DNA of 64,000 bases from Malacoraja senta. Taxonomy: Eukaryota. Position numbers and translations under genes: made by a program. Positions 41,281 to 52,974 of this stretch are shown here, in pieces (positions within the stretch are counted from its first letter, which is position 1; each line of letters starts with the position of its first letter). Under the pieces are notes generated by a model. The model did not search any database. It was given only the letters and a program-made list of their open reading frames with translations, and was not told the origin of the DNA. Location of the stretch: contig CM075992.1 of assembly GCA_038087875.1 (NCBI GenBank), positions 7,442,001-7,506,000 on the forward strand, given 5' to 3'.

Positions 41281-41778
41281 TGGGAGTGTGTGATGGGACA
41301 GTGTAGAGGGAGTGTTCAAGAAGGAACTGGAGATGCTGGAAAATCGAAGGTAGACAAAAATGTTGGAGAAACTCAGCGGGTGCGGCAGCATGTATGGAGC
41401 GAAGGAAATAGGCAACGTTTCGGGCCGTTCAGTCTGAAGAAGGGTTTCGGCCCGAAACTTTGCCTATTTCCTTCGCTCCATAGATGCTGCCGCTGAGTTT
41501 CTCCAGCATTTTTGTCTACCAGTGTAGAGGGAGCTTCACTCTGTGATTAGCACTGTCCCGAGGAGTGTCTAATTGTACCAATAAGGATTGTGAAATAGTT
41601 GTTTAATATTCAGTATTTTATTTTATTTTTTTAACTTGTATTATGGTGGTGGGTTTATTGGTATTGTTTTGTATTGGTTCATATGATTGTAAAGAATTGA
41701 CTAAATTTATTTTTGATTAAAAAAATAGTCTGTGATAAGAAGGTGTAGAGAGAGTGTCTAACCGGGGAGTGTGCGATG

Positions 41779-41956
41779 CGGTCCGTCCCACTTAGGTGTC
41801 ATTTACGCGTACGACGCACGATGATGCACGCATGGTGCGTGGTGACGTAGGCAGTGACGCGTGGTCGCGTGCAGCATCCTAGGATTTTGGGATGTACAAA
41901 ATCTCCGCGTGCCATCTGCGTGACGCGCAAATGAGGCCCAAGTGGGACAGGCCCTG
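41779..41956. mobile_element. Short Harbinger-like MITE (same TIR family)
   Basis: GTCCCACTT ... AAGTGGGACAGGCCC ends. Confidence 0.55.
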
Positions 41957-42120
41957 TAGTCGTGTGGAGGGAACGTCACTCTGTGTGTATTCCTGACCCT
42001 GGGGTTGTGTGACGGGACAGTGCAGGCTGAGGGACTAACCTGATGGGTGAATCCCTTTAGACACAAAATGCTGGAGTAACTCAGCGGGACAGGCAGCACC
42101 TCTGGAGAGATTCCTTTTCT

Positions 42121-42445
42121 CCATTCCTTCTCTCCACAGATGCTGCCTGTCCCGCTGAGTTACTCCAGCATTTTGTATCTACCTTCTTCAGGGTTAATCT
42201 GAAGTAAGCCAACTCTCGGAGCTGGTTAAAGGGTATCGACCCGAAACGTCACCCATTCCTTCTCTCCAGACATGCTGCCTGTCCCGCTGAGTTACTCCAG
42301 CATTTTGTATCTACCTTCTTCAGGGTTAATCTGAAGTAAGCCAACTCTCGGAGCTGGTTAAAGGGTATCGACCCGAAACGTCACCCATTCCTTCTCTCCA
42401 GACATGCTGCCTGTCCGCTGAGTTACTCCAGCATTTTGTGTGTCT
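42121..42445 (+). repeat. 132-bp tandem repeat (~2.4 copies) of a Penelope-like terminus plus flank
   Basis: ACCTTCTTCAGGGTTAATC at 42181 and 42313. Confidence 0.85.
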
Positions 42446-42474
42446 ATTCTCGGAGCTGGTTAGCTGGTTTCTGA

Positions 42475-42898
42475 CATAGAAACATAGAAAATAGGTGCAG
42501 GAGGAGGCCATTCGGCCCTTCGAGCCAGCACCGCCATTCATTGTGATCATGGCTGATCGTCCCCAATCAATAACCGTGCCTGCCTTCTCCCCATATCCCT
42601 TGATTCCACCAGCCCCTAGAGCTCTATCTAACTCCTCTCTTAAATCCATCCAGTGATTTGGCCTCCACTGCCCTCTGTGGCAGGGAATTCCATAAATTCA
42701 CAACTCTCTGGGTGAAAACGTTTTTTCTCACCTCAGTCTTAAATGGCCTCCCCTTTATTCTAAGTGTGGCCCCTGGTTCTGGACTCGCCCAACATTGGGA
42801 ACATTTTTCCTGCATCTAGCTTGTCCAGTCCTTTTATAATGTTATATGTTTCTATAAGATTCCCCCTCATCCTTCTAAACTCCAGTGAATACAAGCCT
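42475..42898 (-). mobile_element. CR1 LINE 3' fragment ending ~30 bp upstream of the 42929 acceptor
   Basis: Same subfamily as 35368-35918. Confidence 0.8.
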
Positions 42899-42928
42899 GA
42901 CGAGCGTTGTTTTGTTGTCACTCTTTAG

Positions 42929-43432
42929 ATGCCGATGTGTCTGAGCCGGGGGCCGTTGCCACGAACGGGGAGAGGGTGCAGGCGACGAGGTGTGTGCCCG
43001 GCGACGGGCAGAGCGGTAGAGGGTGCGGTGGCGGGCCGAGCCGGGGTCCCGGTGTGGCGGCTCCCGTCAGCGGCGTTGCCCTGGGCCCGGGCGGCACCCG
43101 GGTGGCGGCGGCAGAGGGGGAGGGCGAGATCTGGTACAACCCCATCCCGGAGGACGAGGACGTGGTGCCGGTGGTGAGGAGGCCAGGAGGTAGCAAGGTG
43201 CAGTGGTGCGTGGAGCTGCCCTGTCCCACGGAGGCCGAGACCAGCGACTGTCCCATGAAGCCCATCCCCGCCGCGACGCCCGGCGGCACGGACACTGTAC
43301 CAGAGCCACCGCCGATGAGGCATCGCACCGAGTCCTCACCGCCCACACACCGCCCACCCCCGGTACAGCCCACTGCCGTCGCTTGGGGTAACATCCAACC
43401 GGGAGCCAGTCTACAGCGACCCAAACTCACAG
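42929..43432 (+). CDS. SYDE1: SYDE1 Rho GAP, first identified coding exon (N-terminal region)
   Basis: Acceptor ctctttAG|AT (phase 1), donor ACAG|GTGAGT (phase 1). GC-rich open frame containing GEIWYNPIPEDED, a motif I recognise from SYDE1/SYDE2. Confidence 0.85.
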
Positions 43433-44281
43433 GTGAGTGATGAATCCCAGCATCAGAGAGTGAAAATTGGCCCACTGTCCCCCGCACAATTACAGCATGG
43501 AATATTCTTCATCCTACCATAGTTACCCAACCAGATGCAACTAAATTTAAGGTCGCTCTATCTTCCCAAAAACCCTTTCCGGCTTAAGTCCTTCCTCCAC
43601 CACCTCCAGTTTAAATTCCATTTGGAATATTTGGGAGGACCAAGAAACCAAGAAACAAGAAAACACCACTTATTTTTAAATTACCAAATTCTTGTTTTAT
43701 TGAAATAATTCTGCAGAATTTACAGCTGCAACTCCGGGAGTTCATCTCCAACATGTTTGCACGTTAGCTTCTCGTATCCAGCAGAAAATGTATACACTGC
43801 ACACAGTCACGGAGTGATACAGTGTGGAAACTGGCCCTGCGGCCCAACTTGCCCACACCGGCCAACATGTCCCATCTACACTAGTCCCACTGGTCCATAT
43901 CCCTCTAAACCTGTCCCATCAACGTACCTATCGAACTGTTTCTTAAAATGCTGGAATAGTCTCATCCTCAACTACACCCTCTGGCAGCTTGTTCCATACA
44001 CCCACCACCCTTTGGGTAAAAAATGTTGTCCCTCAGGTTCCTATTAGATCTGTCCCCCTTCACCTGTAACCTATGTGCCCTGGTTCTTGGTTCCCCTATT
44101 GTGGGTAACAGACTTTGTATGTCTACCCGATCTATAAAGAGGGAGGGGGAAGTGGGTGAGGTGGGAGGGGAGGGGAGAGGGGAGGGAAGGGATTTGTGGG
44201 GGGAGTTGGGAGGGGGAGCTATTGGATGGGTAGGGGGAAGGAGATGGGAGAGGGGGTATCAGTTCAGGGATATCTTGCTAA

Positions 44282-45780
44282 CTCTCCCCCTCCTCCTCTT
44301 CCCCTCCCCTCCCACCAACCCCTCCCCCCTCTCTCCCCTCCCTCTCTCCCCCCTCTCCTAACCCATCCCCCTCTCTCCATCCCCCTCTCTCTCCCCCTCC
44401 CTCCCTTCCCCCTCTTCCCCCCCCCTCTCCCTCCCCCCCTTCTCCCCCTCTCCCTCCCCCCCTTCTCTCCCCTTTCCCCACCCTCTCTCCTCCTCACCTC
44501 CCCCTCTTCCCCTCCCCCCCTTCCTCCCCCTCTCTCCCCTCTCTTCCCTCCCCCCCTTCTCCCCCCCCTCCCCCCTCTCCCCCTTTTCCCCACCCTCTCT
44601 CCTCTCCCCTCCCCCCTCCCCTCCCGTCTCCCCACCCTCTCCCCCTCTCCCTCCACCTCCCTCTTGCCTCCCCCTCTTCCCCTCCCCCCCTTCCTCCCCC
44701 TCCCCCCTCTCTCCCCTCTCTTCTCTCTCCCCTCTCTTCCCCACCCCCCTTCTCCTCCCCCTCCCCCCTCCCCCCTATCCCTCTTTTCCCCACCCTCTCT
44801 CCTCTCCCCTGCCCCTCTCCTCCCCCCTCCCTCCCATCTCCCCACCCTCTCCCCCTCTCCCTCCCCCTCCTCTCGCCTCCCCCTCTTCCCCTCCCCCCCC
44901 TTCCTCCCCCTCCCCCTCTCTCCCCTCTCTTCTCTCTCCCCTCTCTTCCCTCCCCCCCTTCTCCTCCCCCTCCCCCCTCTCCCCACCCTCTCTCCTCTCC
45001 CCTCCCCTCCCTCCCGTCTCCCCACCCTCTCCCTCCCCCTCCTCTCGCCTCCCCCTCTTCCCCTCCCCCCCTTCCTCCCCCTCCCCCCCTCTCTTCTCTC
45101 TCCCCTCTCTTCCCCCCCTCCCCCCTCTCCCTCTTTTCCCCACCCTCTCTCCTCTCCCTGCCCTCTCCCCCCCCTCCCTCCCGTCTCCCCACCCTCTCCC
45201 TCCCTCCCTCTCGCCCAGCTCCCTCCCCCTCCTCTCGCCTCCCGCTCTCCCCCTCTCCCTCCCTCCCTCTCTCCTCCCTCTCCCTCCCTCTCTCGTCCCT
45301 CTCGCCTCCCTCTCGCCTCCCCCTCTCCCTTTCTTCCTCCCTCCCTCTCTCCCTCCCTCCTTCTCCCTCCCTCCCTCTCTCCCCCTCTCCCTCCCTCCCT
45401 CTCTCCTCCCTCTCCCTCCCTCCCTCTCTCCTCCCTCTCCCTCCCTCTCTCGTCCCTCTCGCCTCCCTCTCGCCTCCCCCTCTCCCTTTCTTCCTCCCTC
45501 CCTCTCTCCCTCCCTCCTTCTCCCTCCCTCCCTCTCTCCCCCTCTCCCTCCCTCCCTCTCTCCCCCTCTCCCTCCCTCCCTCTCTCCCCTCTCCCTCCCT
45601 CCCTCTCTCCCTCCCTCTCCTCTCCCTCCCTCCCTCTCTCCTCCCTCTCGCCTCCCCTCTCCCTTTCTTCCTCCCTCCCTCTCTCCCCCTCTCGCTCCCT
45701 CCCTCTCGCCTCCCCTCTCCCTTTCTTCCTCCCTCCCTCTCTCCCTCCCTCTCTCCTCCCTCTCTCCCCCCTTCTCTCTG
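44282..45780. repeat. ~1.5-kb C/T polypyrimidine low-complexity tract
   Basis: Almost exclusively C/T, with internal longer-period repeats. Confidence 0.95.
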
Positions 45781-45844
45781 ACTTGTCACGACTACCATAA
45801 CGTACCACTCACTCACTCACTCACTCTGTCTCCCCCCCATGCAG

Positions 45845-46651
45845 ACGGCGAGGCAGAGTCGCAGCCAGACATCCCCATCCCCATCCCCATCCCCATCCCC
45901 ATCCCCATCCCCATCCCCGGGACCAGGAAGGGGTGCGGGGCCCAGCGCTCGCTGTCGGAGCGGGTCAAGTCCCCGGGGACGGTGCGCAAGTTGTCGCTGC
46001 GGATGAGGAGGTTGCCGGAGCTGCGGCGGCGGCTGAGCCTGCGGGGGACGGCGAGAGGAGGGGGCCGGCAGGAGGGCGGTGGCGGGGTCCAGCCCCCTCC
46101 GGCCGCTCCGGCCCCTCCGGCCGCCGACCACAACGTGATCTGCCGCTACCACCTGGACAGCAGCGTGAACGCCGGCGGGGCTGGAGGGGCCCAGCGGTCC
46201 AAGAAGCAGCGGGGACTCCGCTCCTTGACCAGGCAGGGCTACCTGAGCGACGGCGACTCTCCGGAGCTGGTGGCCAAGGGGGAGAAGCCGGGCGGCTGGT
46301 CCCGGCTGGACACCGGGGCTTTCCGCCCTTACGCCGGCTCCGAGCAGCCCCGCTGGCCCCAGCACCGGGTCTCCGGCCTCATCCACCTGCGGCTGCTGGG
46401 CATCGAGGGGCTGAGGTCGCCCCGGGCAGCCCCGGGACACGTCTTCTGTGCCGTGCAGGTGGACTCGGTCAGCAAAGCCCGCACGGCGCTGCTCGCCTGC
46501 CGGCAGCCCTTCCTCAGCCTGGACCACAGCTTCAACATCGGCCTGGAGCGCTCACGGACTCTCACCCTACTCGTCTACGCCTGGGAGCCCGGCTCCTGCC
46601 GCAACCGCCTCTGCTGCCACGGATCCGCACTGCTGCCGCCCCTCTTCCGCG
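45845..46651 (+). CDS. SYDE1: SYDE1 exon 2 of 7 identified (basic region and most of the C2 domain)
   Basis: Acceptor ccccatgcAG|AC, donor CGCG|GTGAGG, phase 1/1. Encodes KSPGTVRKLSLRMRRLPELRRRLSLRG, NVICRYHLDSSV, GYLSDGDSPE and C2-type VFCAVQVDSVSKARTALL...FNIGLERSRTL...RNRLCCHG. Confidence 0.92.
45871..45918 (+). repeat. Coding (ATCCCC)8 encoding (Ile-Pro)8
   Basis: Eight perfect hexamers, in frame within the 45845-46651 exon. Confidence 0.9.
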
Positions 46652-46699
46652 GTGAGGAGGTGTGGGGGGGTTCTGTGTGTGTCTAGACTCGGTCGGCTC

Positions 46700-47371
46700 C
46701 CAACCCCCCCCCCCCTTCCTCTGACTAACCCTGCCTCCCCCCCCCCTCGTTTCCCACCAAACCCCTCTCCCCCCTCCTCCCTCCCACCAAACCCCTCTCC
46801 CCCTCCTCCCTCCCACCAAACCCCTCTCTCTCTCCCACCCTCCCAACCCCTCTCTCCCCCCTCCCTCCCACCAAACTCCACCCCCACCCACCAACCTCCA
46901 CCCCGCTCCCATCCACCAAACCACTCTCCCCCCCCCCCTCCCACCTAACCTCTCTCTCCCCTCCCACACCAAACCCCCCTCTGCCCCCCCACCAACCCCC
47001 TCTCTCCACCCCCTCCCACCAAACCCCTCTCTTCGCCCCCCCCCCACCAACCCCTCTCTTCCCCCCCTCCCACCAAACCCCTCTCTTCCCCCCTCCCACC
47101 AAACCCCTCTCTTCCCCCCCCCACCCAACCCCTCTCTCCACCCCCTCCCACCAAATCCCTCTCTTCGCCCCCCCCCAACAAACCCCTCTCTTCCCCCCCC
47201 CACCAAACCCCTCTCTTCCCCCCCCCCCACCAACCCCCTCTCTCCACCCCATCGCACCAAACCCTCTCTCCCCCCCCACCAAACCCCTCTCTTCCCCCCC
47301 CTCCAAACCCCTCTCCCCCCACCACCAAACCCCTCTCTTCCCCCCCCTCCAAACCCCTCTCTTCCCCCCCC
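46700..47371. repeat. C-rich minisatellite (~25-bp unit CCACCAAACCCCTCTCTTCCCCC)
   Basis: Repeated unit running into the gap. Confidence 0.85.
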
Positions 47372-47571
47372 NNNNNNNNNNNNNNNNNNNNNNNNNNNNN
47401 NNNNNNNNNNNNNNNNNNNNNNNNNNNNNNNNNNNNNNNNNNNNNNNNNNNNNNNNNNNNNNNNNNNNNNNNNNNNNNNNNNNNNNNNNNNNNNNNNNNN
47501 NNNNNNNNNNNNNNNNNNNNNNNNNNNNNNNNNNNNNNNNNNNNNNNNNNNNNNNNNNNNNNNNNNNNNNN
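47372..47571. other. Assembly gap (200 N)
   Basis: Run of N after a C-rich minisatellite. Confidence 1.
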
Positions 47572-47792
47572 GATTTCATCATCATCAAAGGGGTGCAGGT
47601 TTGTGGGTTAATTCGCTTCAGTAAAATTGTAAATTAACCCTAGTGTGTGTAGGATAGTGCTGGTGTTCGGGGGTCGCTGGTCAGCGCGGACTCAGTGGGC
47701 CAAAGGGCCTGTTTCCGTGCTGTATCTCTAAGTCTAATGTCATAACCTCGTTTGACTTTCCAAAGTGATTCACTATGTACTCATCAGAATAC

Positions 47793-48256
47793 CCTAATTC
47801 CCGGGATGGCGGGACTGTCATATGCTGAGAGAATAGAGTGGCTGGGCTTGTACACTCTGGAGTTTAGAAGGATGAGATGGGATCTTATTGAAACATATAA
47901 GATTATTTAGGGTTTGGACACGCTAGAGGCAGGAAACATGTTCCGATGTTGGGGGAGTCCAGAACCAGGGGTCACAGTTCAAGAATAAGAGGTAAGCCTT
48001 TAGAACGGAGACGATGAAACACTTTTTATCACAGAGAGTTGTGAGTCTGTGGAATTCTCTGCCTCAGGGGTTGATGGAGGCCGGTTCTCTGGATACTTTC
48101 AAGAGAGAGCTAGATAGGGCTCTTAAAGTTAGCGGAGTCAGGGGATATGGGGTGAAGGCAGGAACGGGGTACTGATTGGGGATGATCAGCCATGATCACA
48201 TTGAATGCTGGCTCGAAGGGCGGAATGGCCTACTCCTGCACCTATTGTCAATTGTC
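47793..48256 (+). mobile_element. CR1 LINE 3' fragment
   Basis: Degenerate ORF2 C-terminus and 3'UTR. Confidence 0.8.
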
Positions 48257-49154
48257 CAATACCAATTCTCCACCCAACCTTGCATCTGATTTATATCCTG
48301 CTTCAACCTCAGACAATTGTCCTCACTCTCCACAACAGAACCAACTTTTGTGTCAACCACAAACTTACTAATGGTACCTTCTATATTCCCATGCAAGTCG
48401 TGGAGTCATACAGCATAGAAACAGACCCTTCAGCCCAAATCATCCATGCTGATTAAGATGCCCCATTTCCCTATGCCTGGCCCATATCCCCCTAACCCTT
48501 TCCTATCCATGTACCTGTCCAAATGTCTTTCAAATGTTGTTATAGTACCTGCCTGAGCTACTTCATCCAGCAGCTCGTTCCATAAACCCACCACCTTTAG
48601 TGAAAAACATTGTCCCTCAGGTTCCTATTAAACTGGTTCCACCTCACCATAGGCTATGCCCTATGGTTCTTTATTCCATTACCCTGGGAAAAAGACTGCA
48701 TTCACCATACCATAAGTGCATAAGTCATAGGAGCAGAAATAGGCCATCAGGTCTACTCTGCCATTCAATCATGGCTGAACTATCTTGCCCTCTGAACCCT
48801 TCTCCTGCTTTCTCCCCATAACCACCCATACTAATCAAGAACTTGTCAATCTGTGCCTTTAAACTACCCATTGATTTACCCTCCACAGCCGTCTGTGGCA
48901 ATGAATTCCACAGATACACCACCCTCTGACTAAAGAAATTCCTCATTTCCTTTATAAAGGTACATCCCCTTATTTTGAGGCTATGGCCTCTGGTCCTAGA
49001 CTCTCCCACTGGTGGAAACATCCTCTCCACATCCACTCTATCCAGGCCTTTCACTATTCAGAAAGCTTCAATGCAGTCCGCCCTCATCCTTCTAAACTCC
49101 AGCGAGTCCAGGCCCAATAGTTGGTTAGTTTTGTGCAGAACATTGTAGAACATT

Positions 49155-49911
49155 CAGATTATTATCTAAATGGTGTCAAGTTGGGAAAAGGGGAAGTACA
49201 ACAGGATCTGGGAGTCCTGGTTCACCAGTCACTGAAAGCAGGCATGCAGGTACAGCAGGCAGTGAAGAAAGCGAATGGCATGTTGGCCTTCAATACACGA
49301 GGAGTTGAGTATAGGAGCAAAGAGGTCCTCCTGCAGTTGCACAGGGCTCTAGTGAGACCACACCTGGAGTATTGTGTGTGTAGTTCTGGTCTCCAAACTT
49401 GAGGAAGGACATTCTTGCTATTGAGGGAGTGCAGCGTAGGTTTACAAGGTTAATGCCCGGGATGGCGGGACTGTCATATGTTGATAGATTGGAGCGGCTC
49501 GGCTTGTACACTGGAATTTAGAAGGATGAGAAGGGATCTTATTGAAACATATAAGATTATTAAGGGTTTGGGCACACTAGAGACAGGAAATACGTTCCCA
49601 ATGTTGGGGGAGTCTAGAACCAGGGGCCATAGTTTAAGAATGTGGTGAGCCATTTAGAACGATGAGGAAAAACTTTTTCACACAGGGAGTTGTGAGTGTG
49701 TGGAATTCTCTGCCTCAGAGGGCAGTGGAGGCTGGTTCTCTGGATGCTTTCAAGAGAGAGTTAGATAGAGCTCTTAGGGATAGTGGAGTTAAGGGATATG
49801 GAGAGAAGGCAGGAATGGGGTACTGATTGTGATTGATCAACCATGATCACATTGAATGGCGGTGCTGGCTCGAAGGGCCGAATGGCCTACTCCTGCACCT
49901 ATTGTCTATTG
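49155..49911 (+). mobile_element. CR1 LINE 3' fragment
   Basis: DYYLNGVKLGKGEVQQDLGVLVHQSLK...KANGMLAF...RPHLEYCV. Confidence 0.85.
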
Positions 49912-50439
49912 ACATTTAATGGCAGAATTTGCCCAAATATCCCAGCTAGACTGGGATTTGAACCACTAGACTCCAGATCATTAATCCAGACTGAAGATAG
50001 ACACAAAAAGATGGAGTAACTCAGCGGGTCAGGCAGCATCTCTGGAGAAAAGGAATAGGTGACGTTTCGGGTTGAGATCCTTATCCAGACCTCTGGATTG
50101 CTGGAACAATAACTTAACCACGCCAGTCCCAACAAAATCTTTTCACTGTTGCTCGGTCCACGTGAATACATAAACTAAACTCAACTTGTCACCTTCCCCT
50201 CAGCCAACAATGATCCATTCTATATTTTCCTTGACCTTCGTCCCCTTTGATCTCTCATTTTCACACCTTACCCTTCCATATCTCTATGTCTCCTGACTCA
50301 GTCTGAAGAAGCGTCTCGACCTGAAACGTCACCCATCTCTCCAGAGATGCTGCCTGTCCCGCTGAGTTACTCCAGCATATTGTGTCTACCTTCGGTGTAA
50401 ACCAGCATCTGCAGTTCCTTCCAACTCACCAGAAGACAG

Positions 50440-51000
50440 CTTGTCCTTGCAGAAGGATCTGGATGCTCTCTGTGAGTGGGGGAAAACCTGGCAGATGTCA
50501 TTCAATACAACCAAATATCATACCATGCATGTCTCACACAAGATCAAACCATTTTTATCGGAATACAACATGGGTAGCCATACATTGCTTGCTGTAGACC
50601 ATCACCCCTATCTAGGAGTCGAATTAAGCAAAGATTTAAGTAGGGCGACGCATATTAATCAAGTGTCTAACAAGGCAAATAGAATTCTCGAGAAACTCAG
50701 CGGGTGAGGCAGCATCTATGGAGCGAAGGAAATAGGCAACGTTTCAGCCCGAAACGTTGCCTATTTCCTTCGCTCCATAGATGCTGCCTCACCCGCTGAG
50801 TTTCTCCAGCATTTTTGTCTACCTTCGATTTTCCAGCATCTGCAGTTTCCTTCTTAAACAAATAGAATTCTCGGCCTTCTCAAGAGAAATTTTCACGCAT
50901 GTACTACATCCGTCAAAGAGAATGCCTACAAGTCCTTGGCCAGGCCCAAATTGGAGTATTGTGGAGCCTTATGCGATCCTTTCAACGACAACAACAAGAT
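50440..51000 (+). mobile_element. Divergent CR1/L2-group LINE RT fragment split by a Penelope-like insert
   Basis: LQKDLDALCEWGKTWQMSFNTTK...YLGVELSKDL...NKANRIL, then after the insert GLLKRNFHACTTSVKENAYKSLARPKLEYC. Confidence 0.75.
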
Positions 51001-51065
51001 CATGTATGTAATGACTACAAGCGCAAATCAAGCGTGAATAATATGCTGACTTCTATCGGATGGGA

Positions 51066-52078
51066 TAATAGGCAATAGGCAATAGGTGCAGGAGTGGGCC
51101 ATTTGGCCCTTCGAACCAGCACCGCCATTCAATGTGATCATGGCTGATCATCCCCAATCAGTACCCCGTTCCTGTCTTCTCCCCATATCCCCTGACTCCG
51201 CTATTTTTAAGAGCCCTATCTAGCTCTCTCTTGAAAGTATCCAGACAACCTGCCTCCACCGCCCTCTGAGGCAGAGAATTCCACAGACTCACCACTCTCT
51301 GTGAGAAAAAGTGTTTCCTCGTCTCCGTTCTAAATGGCTTACTCCTTATTCTTAAACTGTGGCCCCTGGTTCTGGACTCCCCCAACATCGGGAACATGTT
51401 TCCTGCCTCTAATGTGTCCAAGCCCTTAACAATCTTATATGTTACAATGAGATATCCTCTCATCCTTCTAAACTCCAGAGGGTATAAGCCCAGCTGCTCC
51501 ATTCTCTCAGCATATGACAGTCCCGCCATCCCGGGAAATAACCTTGCAAACCTACGCTGCACTCCCTCAATAGCAAGAATGTCCTTCCTCAAATTAGGGG
51601 ACCAAAACTGCACACAATACTCCAGGTGTGGTCTCACTAGGGCTCTCTACAACTGCAGAAGGACCTCTTTGCTCCTATATTCGATTCCTCTTGTTATAAA
51701 GGCCAACATGCCATTCGCTTTCTTCACTGCCTGCTGTACCTGCATGCTTACTTTCATAGACTGATGTACAAGGACCCCCAGATCCCGTTGTACTTCCCCC
51801 TTTCCCGACTTGGCGCCATTTAGATAGTAATCTGCCTTCCTGTTTTTGCTACCAAAGTGGATAACCTCACATTTATTCGCATTAACCCACTCCCCCAACC
51901 TGTCCAAGTCACCCTGCATTCTCATAGCATCCTCCACACAGTTCACACTGCCACCCGGCTTTGTGTCCTCTGCAAATTTGCTAATGTTACTTTGAATCCC
52001 TTCATCCAAATCATTGATGTATATTGTAAATATAAAGCAATATAAAGCACCGAGCCTTGCTGTGCCCCACTAGTCACT
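51066..52078 (-). mobile_element. CR1 LINE ORF2 (RT) 3' fragment, ~1 kb
   Basis: SGAQQGSVL, ISKFAEDTK (FADD-like), DLGVLVHQSMK, RPHLEYCVQFWSP, RTRGHSL. Confidence 0.9.
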
Positions 52079-52974
52079 GCAGTTAAGTCATTTAAAAAGT
52101 GAATCGAGCAACTAGATCTCCTCAACTTGGTGAAAAGGCCCACTTCAAAATGTAATCGCCCCTCTACTCACTCCGACCTGCGCAAGATAGCCACTGATGA
52201 GGTGTTTGAGTAGTCATCAACCAGAACCAGAACACATAAACTCAACTCAGTCTGCCCGGTCATTAATGAGTGAATGACTACTTTATTGTCACATGTGACC
52301 CCAGGAATGCGAATAGGCGCCGACAGACAAAGTTTCAAAGCGAGGTTTCAGTTTAGCCTATTGTCACATTTATGTTGTTTATTTTGTTACAGTGAAAAAC
52401 GTTTTTTGTTGCAGTCAGCAGAAAGACAATACGTGATTACAATCGATCCATTTACAGTGTATAGATACATGATAAGGGAGTAACGTCCGAGCAAAGATAG
52501 TCCGAGGGTCACAGAAGAGGTAGATAGTAGTTCAGGACTGCTCTTTGGTTGTGGTAGGTTGGTTCAGTTGCCTGATAACTGCTGGGATTCAATAGACAAT
52601 AGACAATAGGTGCAGGAGTAGGCCATTTGGCCCTTCGAGCCAGCACTACCATTCAATGTGATCATGGCTGATAATCCCCAATCAGTACCCCATTCCTGCC
52701 TTCTTCCCATATCCCATGACTCCGCTATTTTTAAGAGCCCTATCTAGCTCTCTCTCGAAAGCATCCAGAGAACCTGCCTCCACCGCCCTCTGAGGCAGAG
52801 AATTCCACAGACTCACAACTCTCTGTGAGAAAAAGTGTTTCCTCGTCTCCGTTCTAAATGGCTTACTCCTTATCTTTAAACTGTGACCCCTGGTTCTGGA
52901 CTCCCCCAACATCGGGAACATGTTTCCTGCCTCTAGCGTGTCCAAACCCTTAACAATCTTAACAACATTTAGTT

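Noticed and set aside
42929..43177. ATG-initiated 82-aa ORF at the exon start
   Set aside because: Out of frame with the conserved WYNPIPE frame; the ATG is incidental to the splice junction.
44196..45816. Long Pro/Leu/Ser-rich and Gly/Arg/Glu-rich ORFs (534, 514 and 440 aa)
   Set aside because: Stop-free artefacts of a C/T low-complexity tract.
45813..46565. Antisense ORFs over the GC-rich exon (also 42918-43487 and 61197-62157)
   Set aside because: Expected shadows of GC-rich coding sequence, with no independent splice or homology support.
47372..47571. Possible SYDE1 exon hidden in the gap
   Set aside because: Exons 46651 and 53149 join in frame and give continuous C2-domain sequence (PLFR|GARSHQLAL).
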